Part shown: positions 35,876 through 50,800 of the stretch, piece by piece
How the letters are laid out: every line of letters starts with the position of its first letter
How positions within the stretch are numbered: position 1 is the stretch's first letter
Origin: Yuukianura sp. NJ FZ-2021
Taxonomy: Eukaryota
Direction of reading: 5' to 3'
DNA: 64,000 nucleotides
Assembly: GCA_046563655.1 (NCBI GenBank)
Contig: CM102288.1
Location: 5,208,001 to 5,272,000, forward strand
The notes under the pieces: model-generated
The model's input: only the letters and a program-made list of their open reading frames with translations
Databases searched by the model: none
What the model was told of the DNA's origin: nothing
Program-made: the position numbers and the translations under genes

Positions 35876-38800
35876 ATGGTCGTTCCGAACTTCCTGGAGT
35901 GGTCCTCATATCCAGAGCAATGGTGGTGGTGGTGTAATTTATTTGGGAAAACAAGTAGTGGTGCCAGTGGTCAAGACGCTCAGTTGGACATAACCTTATT
36001 TCTTACTGGAAAGTTGCCCAAGACCATTTGGACGATCTGGAGTAGTGAGGGAAGGGCAAGGTCAAAGTTCAGCCTAAGGAAATTGAAAGCATGGGCTCTT
36101 TCATTGACTGTACTGTTCAACCTGGTGGGCATTGCGTGGAGTAGCGACGGACCGACTACGAATCATGCCACTAGCCAAACTGTGACAACGAAGTACGGAT
36201 CTCTCCGCGGACTGCGACTTCAATTCACTTCCAGTTCGAACAAACATTTGGGTAAGCTGTAGTCATAGAAACATGCTCGGTAAAGATATCGAAACATTAG
36301 TAAAACATCCAATATTTTGGAAAACATGCAGTAAACATATTGGTACCACTATTTTATGAAAATTATGAAATATTTATCCCAACAGCGTTTTTGTGTTTAG
36401 TACATCCAATCCGCTGTGTACAACACAAATTCTCTCACAAAACTTTGAATGTTAAGGTTCACATCTACCTTTTCCATGAACCGAGTCCTTCCTTAAGGTA
36501 CATTAATTTAGTCTAACAAAACTTAACGTTTGAATTGAATTGTGGGTGATTTGTGGAGCTGAAGCTAGAAAAGATTGAATGAAATTCAGAAAAACCAGTT
36601 GAATTCAATATGTTATGAGCACAGAAGAACAAAAAAAAAACAAGAGAAATTGCGCGCTTTCCCTTTTCCTTTGGTTGAATTTAGAATATCAAGAGCAAGT
36701 TCAATTGACTAAAGCCTTGCACATCACGTTCGCTTGACAGGACTCGGCAGCAAAAGAAAGCAGCCCTTCAACTTCCTTTTTTCCCGCTTTTTTGAAAGTC
36801 TCTTCTTGTGAAGATGATGACATTCAAAGAAACATGATACTTTCCCCTCATCTCATCAGTTACAAGTGGTTTAAAAGGGTCCGCCTGTCTCGAAGTGGTT
36901 TCAATATGACTTTTTCAAAAAAATAGCATACAAGGGAGGGGGCCCTTGAGGGATCGGAGGAGATGGAGACTTGACTGCTAGAGGAAACTAGACGCCTTAA
37001 AGACCTTTTGCAACAGCTTTGAGCGCCCACGGAAGACTTCCTCTGAAAGAGACGCCGGAAATTCACTTTTTTCCCGCTCTTTTTTCTGTGGGGTTTTCAT
37101 TTTTATTTTTGAAATTGAAGAAAGGCTGAAGAGAAAAGCACAAAGAGAAAAGTGAAGATGGAAACACTTCAGGAGCCTTCTCAAAGCGAAGGAAGGGGAG
37201 GACCCTTCAACTAGTATATGAGGCCCTTTTATTCAGGAATGACTGATGAGCTATTCCATACAAAAAGTGGCACTATTCATTTCTTTTCCTTTTTTGTGTG
37301 TACAACTTGTGAGTATATGGGAATTTTTTTTTTTCAAATTTTGTAGTTTTAGGACATTTAAATTAGTATATGGCAGGCAGGGGGTCTTTTTAGATAGATT
37401 ACTTCCCTGTGGGTTGTTCTCACGAGTCGTGCGATTCGCAATTAATCGGAATTTTCATAAAACATATTTTAAATCTCCGAAATCAAGCAAATTTCGATTT
37501 TTTATCTGTCTGTCTGTCCGTCAGTTCAATCCAATTTCCGGACAGAATTTCAGCTTACTTTTCACAAAAGACTACCTATATAGTTTTCAATTCAAATGCC
37601 GTTTTTAAATTTTGTTTTACAAAAACTGAAAAGTAAACTCCCCACATAAATTCTTGTGGTTTTGTTTCAGCTGTTTCTAGTTTTGACTTGAGTGAAAGAA
37701 ATTCGGGAATTCTGAAAATCAACTTTCGCTACTTTGTTAATCACGTTATTTTGAAATTGGGTTTTGGCGACTTGAAATAGTTACTTTTGTTGGATTTCTT
37801 TTTTCTAGATGCAGTATCTGCCTACCTCGGAATTCCTTATGCATCTCCACCAATCAATGCATATCGATTCATGCCCCCCGTCGCCCCCCTCCCGTGGGGC
37901 CAAGGGGTTCGGCTTGCTGTGTCATATCCACCACCATGCCCCCAACGCTTTCCAGACATTTCCAATAGAACGAGAGCACTGGAAACGATGACGCTTCAGC
38001 GATTCCTACTTCTTCAACGGCTTATTCCTCATTTGGCCAATCAGAGTGAAGACTGCCTCTACCTCAACTTCTTCGTTCCAACTGTTCCAACAGGTGAATA
38101 TTCTAAAACAAGAATTTACATTTTCGCTTTTTTAACTTTTTTAAAGTTTGTTTTAATCAAAAACGAAGGTGCGTCTATTTGTTTCTCATTAGGAGGATTA
38201 GAAGTAAAGCTGCAGGAACATTTTTGAGCTCGAAGATTAGAATCTTAGCCTTCCAGAAAATTTACTCAGTTAAACATTTAGCCTTCCGTTGAAAGATTTT
38301 ATCTCGCTGGAAGGAAACTGCGGAGGCGGTTCCGGAACAGAACAAAGTCAAAATTGTTTCTTTTTCGAAACAACCTTACAGCGTACTTTTTTTCAAAACA
38401 GGTTTTATTTGAAGCTGTGATGACTCTTGAGTAGCTTAAAGTAGAGTTTAATTTTCAAAAACTAAAATAAGCCTATAACATTCTTTTTATTTTAGAAAAG
38501 AGTGGGAATTTCATTTGAAGTGTTGGGAACAAAAGGAAGTTGGAAGTATGGCTTTGACGCAACAAGAGAAAGTATATCGCTTTCTGTGAGCAAACAAAGG
38601 CAGAATGGAGGAAGCTTAGAGGGAAAATTGGGGGCAACCGGATAAGATCCGGGCATTTTGAAAAGAATCTGCACTCCGTACGCGGCTTTCTCCGTCGGAT
38701 TTCCTCCCAATTCCCTTTAGATTAACGACATTTTATTGAATTCTATTGACTTCCTGTGTCCTGCCCAACTCACTTGTCCTTTGTCCAGCTTAAGTCTTTG

Positions 38801-41800
38801 TGCAACAAAGTGAAAACGACGAAAGCAAAAATAGCAAACGCAATAACGGCAAAAACGTTATTACACAATGACAAAGAGATCGAAAATGATAATCCAACAG
38901 ACCAACACTATTGATACACAATAAAGAACAAAATGCTAACAAAGAGCCAATATATGTATTGGCCAATTGAAGATAAAATTAAGTTAATTAATTGATTAAA
39001 CTGTTGTTAGTCATTTCTGAATTTGTTTTGTTTGACTTTTCTGAATTCAGTTTTACCATGGCCAAGAATTTTTACGCTATTTTTAGTCGCGTTTATTCGA
39101 TTTGCCTTTTTTGTTGTCGACGTTTTGAACCTGGTCGACTTCTTAATTCCTAAAATTTTAGAGGAACGGGACAATAAGCTAACAAAAGACAAATACACTG
39201 TTAGATGTCGAAATAAAATTAGAGAATTTCCTCAATCACAATTTTACGTTTCCGTTTCAACCTTTTTGTTTCTAAATTTAGGAATTTCAAATTGTCAACA
39301 CAGTGTAAAGTAAAATAGGAGCAAATTAGGGTGCAAATTTTGATTTTCATAAAATATCAAATTTTGTGTTTGTGAATTTAATTGTTTTTACAACTGACTT
39401 CTGGGCTTCTTTTGTTAAAAAAATTAATTTGGAGTTCGACACGGGGAAAAGGTGTTTCTGACTTTTTGTTTCTAATTTAACTAAAAGTTTCGTTTAAAGG
39501 CAAAATGTTAGAACAAAAAAGTTTCCTACAAAGTGAAAGTTCAAGTTTACTTAAAAAGTGAGTTTTACTGAGAAAAAAACTTTCATTTTCAATTTAGAAA
39601 GAATTGGAACAGTTGCTTTCTCTTCCCTGCTTCTTCCTAAAACTCTTGAGTTTGAAGGATATTTAAATACCGAAGTGGAAAAGACAATAGGTTCTTGATC
39701 ATTGTAATTTTAATTGTGTTCTTAACAATTGAGTTCTCGGAAGAGAAAGTTAGAGTTTCCAGAAAAGGCTCCATTTTTTAAAAAGTCCTTCAAAGTCGCC
39801 TCAAGTACCTCCGCGTCCTAACTTTCCGAAGTTTCTTCCTGGCGAACTTGTGCAGCGGAAGCCTTGGGGGACAAAGTCTACGGAGTCTTCAATGGAGTTG
39901 TTCTGCACTGACAATGAAGCGATGAAACGCTTACGCTGCAGCGTTACAGACTGCTTCTCATTTCTGTGTAACCAAACCTTATGGCGGTAGTGCTGCAACA
40001 ACAATGTACAGGGAGGCTCAAAAATCAGAGGAAAAATAGAGGCTCACTTAAGTCCTTCTATACTACACAGGAGATTTATGAATTTAACAAGTTGTTCTAG
40101 CATGGTCTGTGTGCAGCTAAAGGCTTCCGAGTCAAGATTAAGTTCACGTTTTTCGAATTTTTGATTAAACGCACTGTACATCTTCCGTTTCCTGTTTTTG
40201 TGGGAAACTCATCATCCTGTCACCTCCAATATTAAGTTTCTGGTCTAATGCTGAGGAGCGACGACGTCCGTCTTAGAACTCCAAGCTCCAAACCTCCCGC
40301 TCAAAGCCATACTACACGAATTCCGTCTAACCTAACCGTTAGCCCTAAATCCTTAGGTGAAGTTGAATCCTTGAGTAACAGTGACACTTTTGGAGAAAGT
40401 GACATGACACTTCTTGACATTTCCAACGATTTCCAGAAAGTGTCAACGTAGGCTAATGGCCTTTTGATTATGATTAAGCTAGAGAGACAAAGGGAAAGTT
40501 AACTTCAAAATTACAATTCTCATTTTCACTTTTCTCTTTTGACTTTTTTTTGTTTTGCAGGAGAGGAGATTCGACCTGGTAGATTTCCAATTCTGTTTGT
40601 GATTACTGGAGAGTCGTGGGAGTGGGGCAGTGGAAACGAATTTGATGGCGGGATTTTGGCAACACTGGGAAATCATATCGTCGTTACCTTTAATTACCGT
40701 CTCGGTATCCTTGGTAAGTACATTTCAGTCTCTAACATAACATTACTGACTAACGTAACCTTAACCTAATCTTTCCTGGTAACATTAACCTACGATTTAC
40801 ACTACTACACTTACATTAATGTAGTATTAAATGACAACCATGATGGAAAATTAATCACATTAATTAGGCGTTAGCTCAATTCAGTTCTTAGATTAGGCTA
40901 GTCCATCTTAAAGTGCAACGTCTCGCCGAAAACGCATTTTCCATCAAAACTTTCACTTCCAGCGTCTCCCCAGGAGAAAAGTAATTAGTCACTCCGCTGA
41001 TTCCTTCTCAAAAGATGATTGACAGATCACCAACGGATAAAGTAGGAAAGTTACGCTACTCGTAGGCTTACTTTTACTTTGTGAACAAGGTAGGACTAAC
41101 TTGTAGTTAAGAGACAAGGTTGGCCTAACTTTCACTCGAGAGGCTTTAGCCTAACACCTATTTACGACAATTGTCAAATTTGAGTCTAATGTGTGACAAA
41201 TTCGGTCTAAACTTTTGAGTCCGAAAAATCACTTTTCCTACTAATAAATTGGTTGCAGTCGCAATAGAAAAGAGAAAGTTTTTCAGTGCACCTTGAGCAT
41301 ATAACATGAAAGAAAAAGTTAGGTTAAGGAGCAGGCTTTTGTTATGGTAGGTTACTACGCAATTGAACTTTGGAGGAACAGCTAGCAGTTAGGTTATGCT
41401 AGGTGACTTAGGATTTGTGCAACTTTGAGTTGTGATGGGAAGTCTAGAGAGAGAGTAAAGCGAGAAAATTTATGGGTGATAGAAAGGCTTACTTCTGCTC
41501 AAACTTGTATTTGAGACACACTTTCACCGTTTCACCACATTTGAACTTTTCTTCCGCTTTTTTCGCTCCTTTTCCCGCTTTTCTTCGCCTTTTCTAGTTT
41601 TTTTTTCTTTAGGAAAAGAAATGTGACCAGTTGCGTGAGAAATGGGTCCATCAGATTGAATTTATTGGACTTTGGGGTTCGGTGAATTATTTGATAGGAA
41701 AAAAAGAAATCGGGGATTTGTATGCCAAACGCTGTCGCTTTACCTACACCAAGAAATCTTTCTGTTTTCAATCTTCTGGTTTTAAAAAAAAACAAATTTT

Positions 41801-44800
41801 TTTTCAAAAAATGCCTTTCAAAAAACGTTTTTAAAAAACACCTTTAAAACAAGATGTTTAAACATAAAAAACTTGAATTATATTTTATATACGGCTGTTG
41901 ACTGAGATAGAAAGGTGAGTGAAAGTTTGAGCGAAAGCCGTCCGTGTTGTGTATGATTTGATTTTCCACTTGCACCGGAGGAACAAAGAAGAAGTGCAGG
42001 AAAATTGAGGTGGCGAGGAAGGTTAGGTTAAGTTTGGTGGCGTAACATGTCAGTGTCAGTAGAGTGCCATAACTACAAAGTTTCAACGAATACTCGTTCC
42101 AATGTGTCAGTTTCTATTTTATGTCAAAACGGCTGTAATTGACATCGACATGTGTGATTCGCCACTGTAAAACGTGCTACGACTTGACCAAAACAAACTT
42201 TTTTTTTCATTTTTTATAACTTATTTTAGTTTGATCTAAAGTTTTACCATTTTTAGTTTCGTATCATTTTTTTGAAGAATTTTTCTAAGGATGAGTCGTG
42301 TTTTCTAAAAAATCCAAATTGGAGTTTTATTTATTTCGATTAGAGTTAAGACCAAAGTGTTGATTTTTTTTTGTTTTTCTTTTGTAACTCGAGTAACACA
42401 TAAAACTTGATATCTTTTCTTGACGAAAAACCATTACTCATGCTATTTTGTGTTCTTGTCACATGTTTTGGTGTTATGCTGAGGTAAAAGTGTTAAGCAA
42501 ATATTTTCCACTCTGTTAACGCATACTTTGTAGTTTCAAGATATTGAAATACAGCGTATGTTTCAGTTGTAAGCCTTAAAATTTAAAACTAGCCCTCCAG
42601 TGACAAATGGGAACCCACATAAGGTAAACCGAACCAAAAACGTGGCAAATTCTCTTCGAAGTCTCAACCTCTCTATTTTTCTTCAAAATTTTTGTGTAGT
42701 TTGTCTAGTTTCTTCTTTTGAAAAACGTGCTGAAGATAGAAACGGGTGGGATGAGAGATGAAGTCTGACGGGAAAGGAGACAGGCAAAGAAAGTAAAGCT
42801 GCTGAAAGCCTTGCGTAAGAAGGAAAAGAAAGTTTTGTTGTTGGGAGCGGCACAAGTGAAAGTGAATTTCCATTATGGTGCATCCCGCACACACAGAAGA
42901 AGTGCTTAAGGACTCGCTGCAGTAAAAGCACCACACTTTTCGGTTAGGTTAGGCAGCCTAACACAAGTGTAAGCAGTGAAAGTGATACATGGTTTCATAT
43001 AAGAATTCTTTTGAGAAAAAGGAAAGGAGGGTTCATATGTTAATACTTTTTGCACTACACACCTTTCACAAAACTTTTTTTTTGAAAATCTCAAAATCTT
43101 CTTTGCTCTTTCGGTATTGATATTCGAAAAACGAAATTCGATTATCCTGCGTAGCAACGAAGCCCTCTGCAAAGAGGTTTTTTAAAATTGTGGATTTGGT
43201 TGGCAACCAGAGTGAAAGTAAAAAAGAAAGCAAAAATCTGGATTTTGAACTAAAAAAATTGTTTTTGAATTTTTGTGTGGTTTTGGATGTTGGAAAATAG
43301 ATAGAGGAAATTGGTAGGTTGTATTCAATTCTTAGGTCGTAAGTCGACTGTAATGGGAATGCGGCCTCCCCAAAATGCTTTTCCCTTACGCTCTTAGCCC
43401 TGATAAAGCCCATTTCTTTTCTACTCTAACCTAACCGCGACATTAACATTTCACAACACAGCTTTCCTCTTATGTAAGCCTTATTTTCATCCTGTCGCTT
43501 TTTTTATCCAGCACTCTTTTTTCTTGTCTTTGTGTGTGTGTGTGTGTTTTGTGGGTTCAGTAAGATTAGGTTCACTTGAATTCTTAAAACCTCTAGATCA
43601 TCATTTTTCCTTAAAATTAATTTTTACATGATCAAAGTTATACTAAACGGTGTGCCTTTTAGACACAATGTGAAAATTCAGCGTTTTGCTGATGTATGAA
43701 ACTAATTGTATTATGAATTGTATTTAATTATTAAATATTTATAAATATTAAATATTATGAATAAATTCATTTTATATTCTTGCAGGTTTTATGAAGACTA
43801 GTAATCAACAAGGAAACTTTGGTCTTCTGGATGTGATAGCCGCTCTTCACTATGTTAGAGAAAACGGAGATGCTTTTGGTGGAGATCGGAATCGAATAAC
43901 GCTTCTGGGCTACAAAACTGGAGCTGTCGTGGCCAACCTACTTCTTATTGCCCAAATTGCAAAAGGTTTGTCCAAAAATTTCAAAAAATTTAACCATATC
44001 AAACAAATTTTACAAAATTTTATTAGTTTTTACGACATCTAGCGGTAAATAGTGTGAGTTTTGAGTATTGTATAAGGTGTCATGAAATTGCAAACCAGCC
44101 GTACGATATCAATTTCAGGAGACTCCTAGGGGAAAGGGATTGGGTTTTGAGCCTAACATAACGTTAGGTTGGTTAGGTTAGGCGTGGTTAAGGTTAGGCT
44201 AGGCCAATTTGAGGTGAAGGAGAGGTCGATAACCTTTGGCAGGAAGATTGGAATTTGTGATCGACTTGAATTTTCTCCATTATGTTCGTGTGTCATTCCA
44301 TTGTCCTCGGTGCAAGTCTACTGGAACCTTTAGTTTCCAAGTCAAGGAATTTTCAATCTTTTTTCTCTCCCCGACTTTCTCCCAAGGTAAAAACAATTTT
44401 CTCATCTCTTCTACTCACAAGAACATGGTTCTGGCAGTTTTTTTTATTTTGTGTTATTGGAGCAATTGAATCAAAGAGAGACCAATTCCTTTCTTCCCTT
44501 TTTTGATTCCAGTAGAAATTGATCCAGATGAAAGTTAAGTGGTTTAATTAGAGTTGAAGAGAACAAAGAAAAAAAACTGGAAATAAAAAAATTGAGCGGT
44601 GGCATTTCGAGCTTACAAAAGTAGCGAGAGAAATGGTTGGACCTTTGACTCACGTCAGTTTTTACGCTGGTCGTTCAGTAGAAAAACTCCAATGTTTTTT
44701 TCAAATTAGATTGGTGCAGTTAGTATTTGGCAGTTGGTGCCAACCAGACAGACAGACAAATAATTTACACCATACAGTAGGGCTTTGGTTCTTAATAAAG

Positions 44801-47800
44801 TTAGGTTAAAAAAGCTCCATTTTTTTTTTAATTTTAAGGATTCCTCAGATCTCCTGCTGTTTTGTAAAGAAAAAGCGTACATTCTCACTATCACATTTTT
44901 TAATGTAAAACTTTGGAACTGGGGAATTAGTAAAACTCCACTCCAGCTCCAGTGTCACTGTCTTCCAGTAGAATAGCAGCTTCTTCGCTTTTTCCAAACT
45001 TTTGTAATCTCAGAAGAATAGAACTGGAGAAAGAAAAAGTAAAGAAAAAATCAAAAAAGTAGAAAAGTGGTGTACTAGTTGAAAAAGTTTGAAGAGCTTC
45101 TTCTCAAGTCTCTTTTTTCCTATTTCTGCAAGAACTCATGCTGGTAAGGATTCAAATTGGACCGAAAAGAGAAAAGTATCTAGGTGTCAAGTTTCACACT
45201 TTGGGAAAATCAACACTTTTTCGTACGTTAGCAAAGTTGAGATCATTACCTTAACGGTAGGGATTTGGAGAAGAAGAGAAAGTTGAAACCGTACGTTGGA
45301 ATCATTAGAGTTATTATGTTAACTCTATGACGAGAAAACAAAATTTGGCGCGAAATTTGAACCTTTTTGAATTTGGGATTCGTGAAACAATCGTAGATTT
45401 TTTGAAACTTCGCTAACGCTTCTCTTCCTTTTTGCGTAATAAAGGCATGGAGCGGGGATATAAAAGTAGCGAAAGAATGGACGTTTGATTCGAAAGTAAA
45501 GTCTGAAGGTCGAGTTAACAAATTTTTTGAAGATATAGGATGTACCAGTTTTCTATAATATTAATTAGGTTAGATTTGTCGACTTAACTCTTTAACTCTA
45601 TGTTAGTTGAGTTTGATAAACTTTGACCTTTGACCCTACAGGAGTTGCTGCCTAAACGCTAAAAAATTATTGTACACTGATCACTTGATGGGCAATAGTG
45701 ATAACAGATGAATTCAGAACCGCATGAGAACCAATAAAGATAAAGCGGACCGTTAGGCAGACAGTCGGACAGACAGACAATGTCGAAGAATCAACCACAT
45801 TTTTGTATATAAAAACAATAATACGTTTTTTTCATAATTCCGTTTTTTATTGTTTCAGACTTATTTCAACGCGCAATTCTCATAAGTGGATCAGTCCTGA
45901 GCCCTTGGGCCCTTCAACGACGTCCCGAAGAAATAGCACTCCAAGTTTCAAATCATTTGGGGTGTAAGGGGGTTTTGCCGCTCAATCATCCAGAAAGTGA
46001 CCTTGCTCCGTGTCTCCGTCGTAAACCGCTGGCTGACCTCCTCAGTTTTGTGCCTGAGTCTCCTCGTTTTCTTTCACCATTTGCTCCCTACGTTGATAAT
46101 AATCTACTACGCTCTCCACGTCTTATGATGGAGGGATCCGGTAGTGGTCACCCTCTCCCAGGCCTCGTCAGTGGCACTCCAGGGATATTCAATGACCAGT
46201 TTAAGCGATCTCAACTCATGCTCATTTTCACTTCGAGTGAAGGTGTCCATGAACTGAATGATCGAGAAGTGCGCCATGGATTTGAAGCTGATCATCGAGA
46301 TCGGCTCCTCCGGACACTCGTGCGAAATGTCTTCAACTATCATCAGCAAGAGATTTTTTCGATTGTTAGAAACGAGTATACTGACTGGGAGAGACCGATT
46401 TTGCATCCAATTCCGTTGCGTGATGCGACTGTGGAGGCTCTCGGAGACTGTTTAGCTATTGCTCCAATTCTGCAGTTGGCCATGACCCACTCCAGAATTC
46501 TGGATGCCCGAAGTACGTACCTTCTACACTTTGCGCATGTCTCCAAAGATGTGGAAGGAACGCCCTACGAGGTGAGATAATTTTTTCAGTTAGGGTAGTC
46601 AGTGTGAAATTAAATTGCATTTACATATATGTGCCATAAGGATTTTTGAGTTTTACACGACAATCTAAACTTCACAACAATTCAAAATTTGTTTCACCTT
46701 GCAACCGAATGCAACTGATGTAAGCCATGGTTTACATGACATTATGTAATTTGCCAACACGTTTAAGTTTATTGACGGTTTCAAAAAATTTAACTCAAAG
46801 TAAAAAAATTTTATTGAAAGTTGAGCCGAAAAGAATTGAGAAATTGGAGTGACAGGGTCATTGACCATTTTTTGAAATTGTGGCCATTACAAGGGCCCTT
46901 GAGCACAAGGGACTTTAGGATGTAGGGGCCCCTTAAGGTGCATCTAGGATTTTTATGACTCTTTCTGTAATCCAAGATTTGTGCTGAGTGAGCTTGGAGA
47001 AAGGCTCGACGGAACAAAGTCAATAAATAAGAAAAGAGGCACTTTGTATTATAATGAGAGTACTTTCCTTCATGTAGATCCATTCGGACCAGCTTCAATG
47101 GCTTCCGTCTCACCAGAAACGACAAGGAACATTTCAAATTTGAAATAGATTTTTATTTAAACTCTCAAAATGATGCTACAAATTTAGATTCTGCAACAGT
47201 GTTAGGTTAGGTTATGGCTACTTTTATGTAAAATCTGCTACAAATGTTCGATTGAGCTACAACCTATTTTTTTTCCAGTCGAAATTTTTCCGTTTCAACC
47301 AAAATTTTTATGCTCCAACCTACATTTCCAACTGGAACCTGCTAAATTTTAGGTGTAGCGTGGATGTTAGGCGCGAACATTAGGTTCAGTAGTGAGTGTG
47401 GGTGGGGTGAATGAGGTGAGAATTATAATGGGGAGATGTGGGGGTAGAGTGATTTAATGTGAACTTTGAAAGAGAAAGTGACTTTTGTTCTTGTTGGAAC
47501 TGGGAGAAAGTGGAGATCAATTAGGCCATGTGTCTTCTTCACTTCCCTAGGCACAAGGTACAACTTTAGGTTAGGTTTACGTAAGGTTAGGTTAGCCTAA
47601 CTTCCTACTTCACTTTCTTGTTCTACTTGTCTTAAAAAAGAACAGAACAGACGTAGAATTGGAACAGACTGGAGCCTAACATTTTATCAACAGTGTCAGT
47701 TTCCTCCAACATCTTCCAGATTTTACTCATTTTTTCCAAACTTCTAAGCCCTTCAGAGGTCAATTTACTAAATTAAAAAGGGAATCAAATCGAGGTCACA

Positions 47801-50800
47801 AAGGAGAAAGTCAGATTAGAGCAAAAGTGCTGTCGAGTCCCTTGTGCCAAATTTTTTTTGCATTTACAAAAAAATTGCAACTCTGCAAATTTTTTCTTGC
47901 TTTTTTTCTGATCCTGCCAATCGAATTCGCCAAGTCACAATTTGACCTGGCAATGTCAAGGTTAAACTTTTTTTTTGTTCGAACTTTCAAAAAAGTAGCA
48001 AGATTGAACGGAACATTATGTTTTCGTGTGAAATGCACAAATTTCGTGAGTTTGAGCGAAACAATCTCCCGAATTGAAAAACCTCGTTAAGGTTCTGTTC
48101 TAAAATTCCGGGTTTTTAGAAAACAAGAGTTTTGCATGTTGCGTGTCTATTTGGTTTTCAAGAATTTTGGCGGAAACACAGCCTTGCTTTTGGCAAAGAG
48201 AGTTCCATGTTGTGTGTTTATCTTTTGAGTTTAATTTTCCTTGAGGCTAGAAAGTGCATAGCCCTTTGATGAGCAGCTCCTGGGGTCCAGTAAAGTGAAA
48301 GCAGATGAATTTTAATGATGGGCACTATGCGAGTAGTTCCAACTTTCAGCACTCCACTTCCACTTAATCACTTCTAATCTTCTTAAAACCCAGGCTAAAC
48401 CTATCTACTTTACCAAATTAAATACTGCTCCACTCACCTGTTCATACGTTTCCACTTGATTCAATTTCTATTCAATCTAAAAGTCATCCTTCATTTTACT
48501 AATTTTGAAAACGTTTTAAACTTTTTAAACATCAAGAAAGCTTTAAACAGAAAAGAAAGAAATTAAGCTAAAAAGGAAAAAAAATATGGCATGAGAGCGT
48601 AATTTTACTTAAAGAGAAAATTCAGTAAATCTAATATTTAACTTCCTATTAGAATTAAAAATTGTAACTTCTTTTTATTATTGTTGTTCTAGAGGCTTGG
48701 AAGTCTGGAAGGTGACGTGGTGCCTTATGCAATGGGTCTCCCTGCCACTTCTGGAGCGTCGTCTGTTGCCGGGAGTCCCTTGACCCTTGAGGGTCCCTCG
48801 ACTTCTCCCTGGAGTGCCCTTGGTAACTTCAGTAAGCAGGATGCCGTTGTGTCCGAGACGCTCATTCACTACTTGTCTAATTTCGTCCATTCCGGGTAAG
48901 TTTTTCCATGGATCCTGCTTTCTTCCAATTTCTTTGATCTTGAAGAAGTAGAGTCTGAGTAGATGAGATGATGAAGGGAGGAGAGATGAGAGGTGATGCG
49001 TGGGCTAAGTGGGTCAGTTCCCTCGTTACCCTCATTGACTCTTACAAAAAGTTCGTCAATCTCCTTAATGGAACTGGGCTTTATTAAAAAGGATGAGAAA
49101 CCATATGCCTCCAGTTCTGTGGTCTCTCTAAAGAGAAAGTGTCGTGGAGCAGAGTGACTAGTCTTGTGGAAATGTCTCAGGAGGCATCGAACTGTCCAAC
49201 ATCGTTGGATCAATCGATTTTGATGAGAAACCACAGAAGGAGCTAAAAAAGAAGTAAAAGGCGACTTTCTCTTTCTTAATAAGACGAGAACCAAGAGATC
49301 ATCGCCTCTTCTTGCCATCTAATATCACTATCACAGCATCTTCTTCATGGCTCAATGAAGACGGCCAAGTATTACTTCAAAACATAAAGCAAAAAACACG
49401 AAATTCTCACAAAACTAGTGTAGAGTATACTTTACTTTACTTTCCCTCTGCTTTCCTAGAAACCATTTCTGCAAATTGCTACAAATTGTTAAAAAAAAAG
49501 CGGAAAGGCTTAAGTCTATAGACTTTCCACTATTTTTTTCAGAAACATATATGTTTCTCAGGAATGGTCGATAATACAATCCATACGACGGTTTATTCTG
49601 CGTTTCTTTTATACAGACAGACGGACAGACAGACACACCAGAAAACATAAAGTAGCGATCTATTTTTCCTACTTAATAAATATCAAATATGTTTACTTTT
49701 TTTTAATTGTAGGGATCCTAATTCAAATGAGTTTGCATCGAATGAGTGGAACGTTGGAACCGGGAATTCCCGGGAAAAAGTTCGTGTCAGATCCCTTCTA
49801 TGGGAGCCCTTTGAACCCAACTCCCAAATTCATCTGAATATCGGGGTCAAACCGAAACTCAAAAATCACTACCGAGGTCACAAGTTGGCTCTGTGGCTCA
49901 ACCTCATTCCACAGATTCATGTTCCGGGTGGAAGTGACGTGTCGCCCGGTCATCACACGTTTACAGACCACAGCTCCAGTTTATATATTGGTAATGTCAA
50001 GTGGAAAACCTTTTTGCATTAAAAAAGAGTTATTGCATTTTATCAAATTATTCCAGTTTTCTCTAAAATTGTGACTAGCTCATAAATTATTTGTCGTTTT
50101 CCAGGGCCTGTCCGACAGCTCTACCCGCTTTCATTTGGTGACCAAATTCCGGGCATCGGAACACACACTTATCCACTCGTTACACGCGGTGGCACGAGTT
50201 CAACAACTCCGTTGACCCCGTCATCCCCATCGACAGACTGTATCGAACCGTCTACTGAGTCTTCTCCGTCATTCTCCAAAGGAATGTGAGTGACACAACA
50301 ACCTCCTAATTTAATTGTAGACATTTTGTGAATTCAAACCTTGTCGGCCTGTCCACTTCGCGGTCTGGCTCCATGTCCCACTTGTTTGAGTCTTCAGAGT
50401 ACTCGAACTGTCTAGAGCCAGTTGTGATGTGAAAATCTGAAATGGACTCAATTACTGTCCAACATGTCTAGTTTCTAAAATTTTATTTTTGTCTTATTTG
50501 GCGGGAAACAGAGGTTTGACGGCCCTGGACCTTGACGAAGCCATTGGACTCAACCTAGATGGACTTGGAAGTAGGGACAAAGGGACCATTCCGGAATACG
50601 ACTACACTACAGCCCTTACAGTGACATTGACTGTAGGCGTATGTCTCATTCTACTCAATCTCATCGTTTTTTCTGCCATTATGTGTCATCGCAAGAGGGG
50701 ACTTGGTGGACAATTGTCTGTGTCAAGTGGGTCACCAGGAAGTGGGCGCATGGGTGGAACTCCGCTCAAAACATACAACAATCAGGTGAGCCCATTTTTC

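Noticed and set aside
43786..43965. The second esterase-like gene as an active or pseudogenised carboxylesterase
   Set aside because: The missing catalytic Ser (GYKTG) is normal for neuroligins. The TM segment and the KKRVQIQEISV end confirm the neuroligin call.
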